Positions 19,025 through 26,800 of a DNA stretch of 60,775 nt are shown piece by piece (the first letter of the stretch is position 1; each line of letters starts with the position of its first letter). The stretch is from positions 1-60,775 of IMG/VR virus record IMGVR_UViG_3300009702_000028; one strand, written 5' to 3'. Below the pieces are notes generated by a model. That model was not told the DNA's origin and did not search any database. It saw nothing but the letters and a program-made list of their open reading frames with translations. This stretch comes from a virus (lineage: Duplodnaviria > Caudoviricetes). The position numbers and the translations under genes are program-made.

Positions 19025-19277
19025 AAACATATTGTTGTTATTGGTGGTTATTGTCACGTTGTTCGCGATTATGTGGCAGCCGTCTGATGCTCGGGAGCCG
19101 CCGAGGAAGGTCTACAAAAGAGAGCTGACACAGACCGCCGATGACAGGAAGTTGCTGTGTTTGGTTGGGAAAAATAGGATACAGCTACAGAGAGGAAATC
19201 TACGTTCTGTGAGGGGTAGAGTTGAGACCATACGGAGAATTCAAGATGCAAGACGTATGATTCGAGATAACTGTTAG
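19008..19277 (+). CDS. membrane-anchored or secreted small protein
   Basis: AGGAGG RBS, GTG start, hydrophobic ILLLLVVIVTLFAIMW. Confidence 0.55.
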   Translation: MIQWFKNILLLLVVIVTLFAIMWQPSDAREPPRKVYKRELTQTADDRKLLCLVGKNRIQLQRGNLRSVRGRVETIRRIQDARRMIRDNC

Positions 19278-19286
19278 GGGGTTATC

Positions 19287-19457
19287 ATGGATCTTTTCAT
19301 TTTAGTTGTGTTAGGTGGAGTGCTGTTGGTTCTTGGGGTAAGTGGTCGGATAGCTAGCTTGAATAGGTGGGCTGAGGATGTCCGTAAGGAAGCTTACCAG
19401 GCATACATGGATCAACATGATCGGCCTTGTGAACAGTCTTTTAGGAGAACTCCATAA
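19287..19457 (+). CDS. 56-aa single-TM protein, possible lysis accessory
   Basis: MDLFILVVLGGVLLVLGVS...; stop overlaps the endolysin ATG. Confidence 0.5.
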   Translation: MDLFILVVLGGVLLVLGVSGRIASLNRWAEDVRKEAYQAYMDQHDRPCEQSFRRTP

Positions 19458-20032
19458 TGACTGCGTTTGATCTCGCGTACGAGCATACGATGGGTCATGA
19501 GGGGGGTTACACGGATGATCCTATAGATGCTGGCGGGGAGACGTACAAAGGTATCTCCCGAAAGTATCATCCACATTGGGATGGCTGGGTGATTGTTGAT
19601 ACCTTTAAACTCCCAGGATGGCGGGTGAGTAAGATGGCTGAGCACGAGGAGTTGCAGCGATTGGTGCGGTTGTTTTACAAGCAAACCTTTTGGAATCCAT
19701 GGCTCGGTGATTTCGTGGCTAACATCTCTCAAGAAGTTGCAGAAGAGATGTTCGACACAGGTGTGAACATGGGCGTCCATCGTTGTCAGAAGTTTCTTCA
19801 AGAAGGTCTGAACAAACTTAATCGGGCTGAGAAGTTGTATCCTAACCTGGTTGAAGATGGGAAGGTGGGGTCAAGGACGTTGAGTGCTTTGAAGAAGTTG
19901 CCTGCTAAGGATCATGAGGTCTTGCTGAAGATGTTGAATGTAATGCAGGGTCGTCATTACTTGGCTTACATGAGTAAATCAGAGGATCAAGAGAGATTTG
20001 CTCGGGGCTGGTTCTCCAGGGTATCGCTATGA
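19457..20032 (+). CDS. endolysin, glycoside hydrolase family 108 with peptidoglycan-binding C-terminus
   Basis: HEGGYTDDPIDAGGETYKGIS; FDTGVNMG; DGKVGSRT; FARGWFSRV. Confidence 0.92.
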   Translation: MTAFDLAYEHTMGHEGGYTDDPIDAGGETYKGISRKYHPHWDGWVIVDTFKLPGWRVSKMAEHEELQRLVRLFYKQTFWNPWLGDFVANISQEVAEEMFDTGVNMGVHRCQKFLQEGLNKLNRAEKLYPNLVEDGKVGSRTLSALKKLPAKDHEVLLKMLNVMQGRHYLAYMSKSEDQERFARGWFSRVSL

Positions 20033-20223
20033 GGGATTGGACCGGATGGCAATGGTTGACGTTGTTACTGGTGTCCGTGGGTATCATTTTCGTTTTTCGC
20101 TGTGCATATGTTGGATACATTCATCCAGATTGGTCCATAACTCAGTCTTGCGTGTATGTCCTTACCCAGAGTATCGAGTTCGTTCGGGAAGCCTGGGGTA
20201 TGACAGGAGAGTGGCATGGGTAA
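20029..20223 (+). CDS. small membrane protein, possible holin
   Basis: One hydrophobic helix, coupled to the endolysin. Confidence 0.4.
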   Translation: MRDWTGWQWLTLLLVSVGIIFVFRCAYVGYIHPDWSITQSCVYVLTQSIEFVREAWGMTGEWHG

Positions 20224-20494
20224 AAACAAGAGCCCTAAATCACCTAAAACGTTGCTGTGCCTGGGGGGTCCCTATGAGGGTAAGGTAGTGAAGGTAGTGG
20301 CTGAAACTCAGCAGTTGGAGATCCAGGGGAATGCTACCGATGAGGCTGGGGAGACAATCATAGACCCGGCCACGGGTATGCCCTCACCCAATGGGAAGGT
20401 TATGGGTCAGTACAAGAAATACCCACCAAAGGGAGTACCTACCGTGGGGGTATTTTATTGGCACGACGCTGAGAAGTTGGAAATAGTGCATTAA
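20216..20494 (+). CDS. hypothetical protein
   Basis: GGPYEG motif; GGAG RBS. Confidence 0.6.
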   Translation: MGKNKSPKSPKTLLCLGGPYEGKVVKVVAETQQLEIQGNATDEAGETIIDPATGMPSPNGKVMGQYKKYPPKGVPTVGVFYWHDAEKLEIVH

Positions 20495-20507
20495 TTAAAA
20501 AAAAGAT

Positions 20508-20560
20508 TTGACAAAACTCAGGGTTAGTCCTAAAGTTAGAAGCATCACAACACGGAGGGA
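20508..20560 (+). promoter_or_regulatory. promoter TTGACAAAACT-TAAAGT with an A-tract UP element and ACACGGAGGGA leader
   Basis: 17-bp spacer; poly-A tract upstream. Confidence 0.75.
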
Positions 20561-20565
20561 TTGAG

Positions 20566-22362
20566 ATGACACAGCAAATTTATATTTTCGGCAGCGGCTC
20601 AGCAGAGGGCAACGCCACGATGACCGAGCTTCTAGGCGGCAAGGGTGCGAACCTAGCCGAGATGTCCAGCTTGAGTCTGCCCGTCCCTTATGGACTGACG
20701 ATTACCACCGAGGTTTGTAATCATTACCTCGGCGGGAAGATCGACATGGCGTGCTTCTACGAGGATCTGGTGAAGCCCGAGCTGGACGCGATTCGCGCCA
20801 AGTTTGACCACCCGATCATCTTCAGCGTGCGCAGCGGTGCCAGAGTCTCGATGCCTGGCATGATGGATACCATCTTAAACGTCGGTATTCCAAGCGCAGG
20901 CTGGGATGCCCTTAATGAGCATCTTGGATTTGATGTGGCGCAAGATTGCTACACGCGGGGTCGTGAGATGTTCAAGGGCATCGTGGGCTCTGAGATGCCT
21001 GCTGATCCGGATGACCAGTTCATTGCTTGCATCGCGGCAGTGTTCGAGTCCTGGAACAGTGACCGTGCGATGCACTACCGCAAGATGAATGGATACCCCG
21101 AAACGTGGGGCACGGCGGTCACAATTCAAATGATGGTCTTCGGTAATGCGAGTGACCAGTCTGCAACAGGCGTCCTCTTCACTCGGGACCCGGCCACGGG
21201 TGAAAATCGAGTAACTGGTGAGTATCTCATCAATGCACAAGGTGAGGATGTGGTAGCAGGGACCGCTACCCCAATGCCTCTGGATGAAGCCGAGGGTCAG
21301 GGATGGCACACTGAGCTGATGAACATTTGCCAGACGCTTGAGTACGAGTATCACGACATGATGGACATCGAGTTTACTGTTGAGAACGGTAAGCTCTGGA
21401 TCCTCCAATGCCGTAAAGGGAAGCGGTCAGCGAAGGCAGCATTCCAGATTGCAGCAGACATGCTAGAAGAGAAGCTGATCACCAAGAGTGAAGTTCGGGA
21501 GCGTCTATCAGGACAACAATACGAAGCTTTGACCGTCTCCAAGGTTGATGAAAAACATTCTCCAGCTCCAGTTACTTCCGGTATAGCGGGGGGTGGTTCA
21601 GCGGTTCAGGGTGTAGCCGTATTATCCAGTGAGGCAGCGGTTGCTTCTAAAGTACCCTGCATCCTGGTAACGGCAGAGACGACGCCGAACGATATCAAAG
21701 GTATGGAAGCTGCCGAAGGTATCTTGACACAAACCGGTGGCCTGACTTGCCATGCGGCAGTCGTCGCACGAGGTATGGATAGGACATGTGTGGTGGGATG
21801 TAAAGATTTGTTCACAGTAGGGATCATTGAGGGAGTTACTCTAGTCACGATTGATGGTGCTACAGGTAATGTTTGGATTGGGGATGAGGTAGTCATTGAG
21901 GAAGGAGCACGTACAAAGGTGGCTGACAAGTTGATGCAGATGGTCAGTGATAAGGGGTCAAAATGCACGGTTGAGAATTTCAGACTCATCTCTTGGACCT
22001 ATAGGTTCGTTCGAGGAACCTTGCCCAAAAAGTTACGGGCAAATTGGTATCAGGTTTTGGACTGCACTCGATTCCCATTTGAGGATCAGATGGATGATGC
22101 AGAGTTTGAATCCATGATTGGACTGACTAAGGTACCGACTTGGGCGGACATGCTTCAGGGTATCGTCGATATGAAAGCTCAAACTCCGAAGGCTAAACTC
22201 ATAGTCCGAGTTGAGCCTAACAGGGTTGATAAGGCTCAGGCTATTCTCCAAGATGCTGCTCAGGTAATCTCTTCTGAGATTACCGAGCGTACCTGGGACT
22301 ATTATCCCAATACCAACATCCTGCCGAAGGCTCAGGCGGCATACAAACTATTCGAGGCATAG
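20566..22362 (+). CDS. PPDK-derived dikinase-like protein: ATP-grasp and phospho-His swivel domains, no pyruvate-binding barrel
   Basis: LLGGKGANLAEM, SVRSGARVSMPGMMDTILN, QMMVFGN, NAQGEDVVAG, DIEFTVENGKLWILQCR, GGLTCHAAVVARG; then ~150 aa unlike the PPDK barrel. Confidence 0.88.
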   Translation: MTQQIYIFGSGSAEGNATMTELLGGKGANLAEMSSLSLPVPYGLTITTEVCNHYLGGKIDMACFYEDLVKPELDAIRAKFDHPIIFSVRSGARVSMPGMMDTILNVGIPSAGWDALNEHLGFDVAQDCYTRGREMFKGIVGSEMPADPDDQFIACIAAVFESWNSDRAMHYRKMNGYPETWGTAVTIQMMVFGNASDQSATGVLFTRDPATGENRVTGEYLINAQGEDVVAGTATPMPLDEAEGQGWHTELMNICQTLEYEYHDMMDIEFTVENGKLWILQCRKGKRSAKAAFQIAADMLEEKLITKSEVRERLSGQQYEALTVSKVDEKHSPAPVTSGIAGGGSAVQGVAVLSSEAAVASKVPCILVTAETTPNDIKGMEAAEGILTQTGGLTCHAAVVARGMDRTCVVGCKDLFTVGIIEGVTLVTIDGATGNVWIGDEVVIEEGARTKVADKLMQMVSDKGSKCTVENFRLISWTYRFVRGTLPKKLRANWYQVLDCTRFPFEDQMDDAEFESMIGLTKVPTWADMLQGIVDMKAQTPKAKLIVRVEPNRVDKAQAILQDAAQVISSEITERTWDYYPNTNILPKAQAAYKLFEA

Positions 22363-22364
22363 CC

Positions 22365-22733
22365 GTGCGTAGATGTGATAAGTGTGGTTTGGGTAATTCA
22401 ATACCATTGATTAAAGGTACAGCTATCTATCTAGTGTGTCAGCACTGTGGATATACAGAGAATGCGATTCAAGGTGGACGGCATCGACGTTGCCAACCTT
22501 TAGTTCAAGAGCTTTCGACGATGCCCGAGCAAGCCCATAGTGTGCTCATGAGATTGAGTTCAGAGCCTCAATCAGTTAGAACCCTAGGGATAGTAGCTAA
22601 GTTTAGCGAAAGGACTACACAGCTCGAATTGAAGTACCTGTATGTAGCAGGTTGGGCGGAATACAGTGAGACAGATGGGATTGAATTTTGGGTATTGAGT
22701 CATCGGGCTCAAGAACTTAGGGGTATACGATAA
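22365..22733 (+). CDS. Zn-ribbon plus winged-HTH protein
   Basis: CDKC...CQHC; PQSVRTLGIVAKFSERTTQLELKYLYVAGW. Confidence 0.6.
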   Translation: MRRCDKCGLGNSIPLIKGTAIYLVCQHCGYTENAIQGGRHRRCQPLVQELSTMPEQAHSVLMRLSSEPQSVRTLGIVAKFSERTTQLELKYLYVAGWAEYSETDGIEFWVLSHRAQELRGIR

Positions 22734-23020
22734 TGGGATTGGTATTAGCGAGAGAGCCAGGTCAGGATGTGTATGTTGATGATACACGCGTCATTGTTAC
22801 AAGGATTCTTGGTCCTTATAAATACGAGGTTGAGGTGAGGGGACAAAATTTGAATTCACGTTACATCATCACTGATCGTGAGAGTACAGAGATACTCAAG
22901 AATGTGATGTTGTCTGCGGGGTTGGACGGTAGTCCTGAGTTAGCTAAGCTACACTTCGAATGCAGTCGGAGTATTATTATCAAGAGAGGTGAGATCCATG
23001 AAACTTACTACAATGGCTAG
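22733..23020 (+). CDS. CsrA/RsmA-like RNA-binding protein with an internal insertion
   Basis: N-terminal LVLAREPGQDVYV and C-terminal AKLHFECSRSIIIKRGEI resemble CsrA LILTRRVGETLMI and VRIGVNAPKEVSVHREEI. Confidence 0.6.
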   Translation: MGLVLAREPGQDVYVDDTRVIVTRILGPYKYEVEVRGQNLNSRYIITDRESTEILKNVMLSAGLDGSPELAKLHFECSRSIIIKRGEIHETYYNG

Positions 23021-23294
23021 GGACGAAGCTGCGGATCTAATGCCAGAGATGAGTGAGGCAGATATTTTGCAACTAGTTGCACGTTCATGTCGAGTCACTC
23101 ACCCAATGGGTAACAGGAGATACCATGAATGGGTTTTTGATATAGATGAAGGATTGATTGCAGGGATTGCTAAGTTCGAACTAAGTGAGGCTGCGCAGCA
23201 CCAGGCTGCTTATGATGCAAGTACAGCCCAACCAGTGCTCATTGAAAAAAACGGAGTGATACAGTGGAATTCAGGAAACTATTCAGCAGCCTAA
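22998..23294 (+). CDS. hypothetical protein
   Basis: GAGGT RBS; contains a palindrome copy. Confidence 0.55.
   Translation: MKLTTMARDEAADLMPEMSEADILQLVARSCRVTHPMGNRRYHEWVFDIDEGLIAGIAKFELSEAAQHQAAYDASTAQPVLIEKNGVIQWNSGNYSAA
23068..23081. repeat. palindrome TGCAACTAGTTGCA
   Basis: Exact copy inside a CDS. Confidence 0.85.
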
Positions 23295-23778
23295 CTAGCG
23301 CGTTCAGGTTTACGACTTCAGATGTACCACCCAGTGAAATCGGAGGCGTAGATGAGAAATCAATCGGTAAGGGATTTATTGATTTCAAGTTCAATGGGCA
23401 TAACCTTCGGTTGTATGGGGGTCTTTATCGAGACAAGCCAGAAGACATCCCAGGGATTAAGATGGCGGTGGAGATCGATGCTCCTTATGTCATACGATGT
23501 GACATCGCGGACTTTTCCACGCCTCATCCGGATAGCATGCGGCTGGCATTGCATCAATTACTACATGGTACCAGGGAGACATATTACGTAGGTTGCATGG
23601 GGGTATAGGGCGTACAGGCTTGTTCTTAGCTTGCTGGACTAAGTTGGTCAACGAGGCAAATAGGAGACCCGATATTGATCCTATAGCTTATGTCCGCAAG
23701 GCGTACTATAACCATGCAGTTGAGACAGAAGAACAACGTAATTTTGTTGCTGGTCTGGAAGTGCGTGATCTTTTGTGA
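23264..23778 (+). pseudogene. CX5R (dual-specificity/tyrosine) phosphatase split by a frameshift in a G5 run
   Basis: IADFSTP...YYVGCMG then, in the -1 frame, GIGRTGLFLAC...DPIAYVRKAY...AVETEEQ; one extra G at 23599-23603 restores CMGGIGR. Confidence 0.8.
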
Positions 23779-23806
23779 CTCATTGAAAAAAAGATGTTTG
23801 ATAGAC

Positions 23807-23869
23807 TTGACAAAACTAATTCAATGACTATAATCACAATCAGTTAGAGAAAAGATCCACACGGAGGGA
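23807..23869 (+). promoter_or_regulatory. promoter TTGACAAAACT-TATAAT plus ACACGGAGGGA leader
   Basis: Consensus -35 and -10 boxes, 16-bp spacer. Confidence 0.8.
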
Positions 23870-23875
23870 TTAAGG

Positions 23876-24940
23876 ATGAACACACTTAGATACCATCTAG
23901 ATCGTGCAGTCTTCCAGAAGAGGGATATGGGGCACGTCCCAGTCGGGACAGTTGCTAAGAGCCTGTGTGCTGAGGTAATTACAGGGATGGTAGCGCCTGA
24001 GCGGGAGGCCATTAGGTTCTATCTTCTGAATCATGCTCTGGCTGATATTCGCTTGAAGTATGCGTTGGATGAGCCTTTGGATCAACAGCCCAATGAGGTT
24101 GTTCGGCATATTGTTCGCTCGATGAATGAGATTTCCATCCGGTTGTTCTACTACTTAATACTCATCTGTGTGCGGGAGTCCCGACATATTAAGATGACTC
24201 AGAAGTACAAGAACGCGGTGAAGAAGTTTGGCCCCTATCGGGAGTGGAATCACTCGTTCAATGATTACGGTGAGGGGGGTGGTGCTAAAAAGGCTGTCGA
24301 TGCGGTGAAGTACCACGCGCCTGACATGAACATGCGTGACTTTACTCAGGCCCTGGTCACAACCTTCTACAAAGGGGTGTTCAACGTGAGTTACGGTGGG
24401 AGGGCATGGGGAGCAGTTGCCGATGTCTTACGAGACTTCGTACACGGTACTATCAGTGCTGAGGCCATGGTAGATACTGGATGGACGCTATGCCACAACA
24501 ACGGCCCAATTTTTAACAAGGGCATGTATTACACGCAGTATACCAAGAGCATCTACATGATTTTGGATGTACAGCGGGGGGGTCAGATTCCACATTTAGT
24601 GTCCGAGTACGTGAACTACGGGGTTGCTCATACAGGATTTGAGTCCGGGGTTGAGGAAGATTTTTACTTTCTATCTTCTGTTGCAGGGTGGCTTGATAAC
24701 AGGTATGTCGATTGGTACGAAGTTGAGGCCCTGGGCGCGTTGCATAGTTACAATGTTAAGAAAAAGGAACAGATCAAGAAGTATGGGGATGAGTCTGAAT
24801 CAGCCAAGAAAGCTGCTGAAGCTTATACTCTCAAGAAGCTTCAGGATGAAGCAGCGGCAATAAAGTACAAAAAGGAATGGTTTGAAGTAGGGCCTAACAA
24901 TAATGTCAAGAAAATTCATCCGGTGCGGGAAGCAGGTTAA
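23876..24940 (+). CDS. uncharacterised 354-aa protein
   Basis: Own promoter; motif-like segments ICVRESRH, SYGGRAWG and LCHNNGPIFNKG. Confidence 0.75.
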   Translation: MNTLRYHLDRAVFQKRDMGHVPVGTVAKSLCAEVITGMVAPEREAIRFYLLNHALADIRLKYALDEPLDQQPNEVVRHIVRSMNEISIRLFYYLILICVRESRHIKMTQKYKNAVKKFGPYREWNHSFNDYGEGGGAKKAVDAVKYHAPDMNMRDFTQALVTTFYKGVFNVSYGGRAWGAVADVLRDFVHGTISAEAMVDTGWTLCHNNGPIFNKGMYYTQYTKSIYMILDVQRGGQIPHLVSEYVNYGVAHTGFESGVEEDFYFLSSVAGWLDNRYVDWYEVEALGALHSYNVKKKEQIKKYGDESESAKKAAEAYTLKKLQDEAAAIKYKKEWFEVGPNNNVKKIHPVREAG

Positions 24941-25638
24941 TGGCTAAACAACATAAGCAAACTAAGAAGTACAAGAGGTGTTGGGAATCCCATCAACACC
25001 TGAAGTTTGAAGCTTATGGGAAGTCTATCGAGATTGCGGGGGGTACTTGTTATAGCGGCGGTCACGGAGAGAGCTACGATATTGAGGTGGCTTTGGACAG
25101 GGGTGCCGCAGTAGACATTAGAGCATTTCCATGGAATCATAAAATGGGATTGTTCATTGAATTCCCAATCACTGATGGTAGAGCCCCAGCTGATGTCGAG
25201 GAGTTTCATAAGATGGTCGTGTGGCTCACTTCTCGTCTAAGAAAGGGTAAGACATTGCATATAGGATGCATTGGCGGACATGGGCGTACAGGAACTCTTC
25301 TGGCAGCACTTTATGCGCACATGACTAAGGACTCTAAGGCGATCACTTATGTACGGGAGAACTATTGCCCTAAGTCAGTAGAAAGTGCTGAGCAGGTTGA
25401 CTTTCTAGCGAAGCATTACGGCTGTGACATGGTGAAAGGTAGTACGACCTACACGAAGTCTAAGGTGACTAGTGGGTGGCAGAAGTACTGTATTCAAAGG
25501 TCAATATATGACAGTTACACTTCACCGTGGGAACAATCTCAATGGTTAGGGAAAACGAATGATGGATTCTATCTGATCACACCAGTTGAGATAGAGGGCT
25601 GTATTCTTGGATCGAATACAGTAACAAAACTAACTTGA
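24940..25638 (+). CDS. CX5R dual-specificity/tyrosine phosphatase
   Basis: FPITDGRAP; LHIGCIGGHGRTGT; AITYVRENY...SVESAEQ. Confidence 0.88.
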   Translation: MAKQHKQTKKYKRCWESHQHLKFEAYGKSIEIAGGTCYSGGHGESYDIEVALDRGAAVDIRAFPWNHKMGLFIEFPITDGRAPADVEEFHKMVVWLTSRLRKGKTLHIGCIGGHGRTGTLLAALYAHMTKDSKAITYVRENYCPKSVESAEQVDFLAKHYGCDMVKGSTTYTKSKVTSGWQKYCIQRSIYDSYTSPWEQSQWLGKTNDGFYLITPVEIEGCILGSNTVTKLT

Positions 25639-25681
25639 CAAAACTTTCTTAGCTTCTATAATCAGCTTATACATGGAGGGA
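25635..25681 (+). promoter_or_regulatory. promoter TTGACAAAACT-TATAAT plus ACATGGAGGGA leader
   Basis: Consensus boxes, 16-bp spacer. Confidence 0.8.
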
Positions 25682-25686
25682 ATGAA

Positions 25687-26091
25687 ATGAGTGAACTTAG
25701 TGAAATGAAGACCAAGCAGCCAGTGGCTCCGACGATTCCTGAGACGGCTCCGGTACCCCTAGCTAAAGCTACCCAGCTTTATCAGAAGGTGAAGGGCACC
25801 AGTATTAGTTCGGTGTATCACTGTATTGGTATAGGTCCGAAGTTGAAGGCTGCATGTCGAATCAATGGCAATGGGGTGAGTGTCAGAGTCGAAGGGGATG
25901 TGATAGCTCTAAAGCCAGTACTCGAAGAGGTTGGCTTTGATATCAAGAATGAATCTTACGCATCGTTCCATGCTTCAGCGGACACAGTGCTACTGCAGCG
26001 TAAAGTGGTGGGGGCAGCCTTGATGCCGTTGGCAGGGTTGTTCGAAACACCTTTGCCTGACCTTAGTGTGATCGAGGGGAAAGGCGAGTGA
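25687..26091 (+). CDS. hypothetical protein
   Basis: Strong promoter and RBS. Confidence 0.7.
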   Translation: MSELSEMKTKQPVAPTIPETAPVPLAKATQLYQKVKGTSISSVYHCIGIGPKLKAACRINGNGVSVRVEGDVIALKPVLEEVGFDIKNESYASFHASADTVLLQRKVVGAALMPLAGLFETPLPDLSVIEGKGE

Positions 26092-26291
26092 TTAACCCTA
26101 AAGGACTCAACGTAGGGGACGTGATAGAGCACGGCAAGCTATTCCCTGGGATTGATCAAGAGGACATCGTATGGGAACTCATAGATCAGACGAGGGATCT
26201 CAATAAGTTCATAATCTCTTGGTTTGGAATACCCCTAGGAAGGGTTGAGATAGACACCTCAAATAACGGAGTTAAGGTGCGACAGATATGA
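26088..26291 (+). CDS. hypothetical protein
   Basis: GTGA coupling. Confidence 0.55.
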   Translation: MINPKGLNVGDVIEHGKLFPGIDQEDIVWELIDQTRDLNKFIISWFGIPLGRVEIDTSNNGVKVRQI

Positions 26292-26800
26292 TTACAGATC
26301 TAGGATTGGTTACCGTAGCGGACCTTATGGAGTTCCCGTTGGAAATTAAGGTGGGTAAGGAAGGGAAGGTCACTACTGTTCGTGGGGCTCAGCGGATGAA
26401 GGTTAAGGGTACGTTGTTAAGTTTTAAGGTGGAGGCAGTCGATTGTTTCCATACGATTGAGCCAGGGAATATTGTGGGAATAACTCGGAATTTTGGGGTA
26501 ATTTTTCGAATTGCACCACGGTGTGGGTTAGCAGTTATCGTGACTCCCAATTTTGAATACGCCATGCTGTTGGATCTAGGTAGTATAAAACATGGGTATT
26601 GTCGGGAAGGGCTTCATAAGACGGTACAACGATGGAAAGATCTTAAGATTATAAAGAGAGTATGGCGTAAGGATCGAGATGACGACATTTGGTCAGTAGT
26701 CACTGATTGGAACATCACGATACTTAAGGAGAATTCAGATGGGAGCAATCAAGCTGTGGACGGGCGCGAAGGACAGCACTCTTCAGGAATCAGTGCTTAA
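26288..26800 (+). CDS. hypothetical protein
   Basis: ATGA coupling. Confidence 0.6.
   Translation: MITDLGLVTVADLMEFPLEIKVGKEGKVTTVRGAQRMKVKGTLLSFKVEAVDCFHTIEPGNIVGITRNFGVIFRIAPRCGLAVIVTPNFEYAMLLDLGSIKHGYCREGLHKTVQRWKDLKIIKRVWRKDRDDDIWSVVTDWNITILKENSDGSNQAVDGREGQHSSGISA

Noticed and set aside
20566-22362. Calling the gene a normal ppdK auxiliary metabolic gene
   Set aside because: The pyruvate/PEP-binding barrel is absent, so it cannot perform the PPDK reaction alone.
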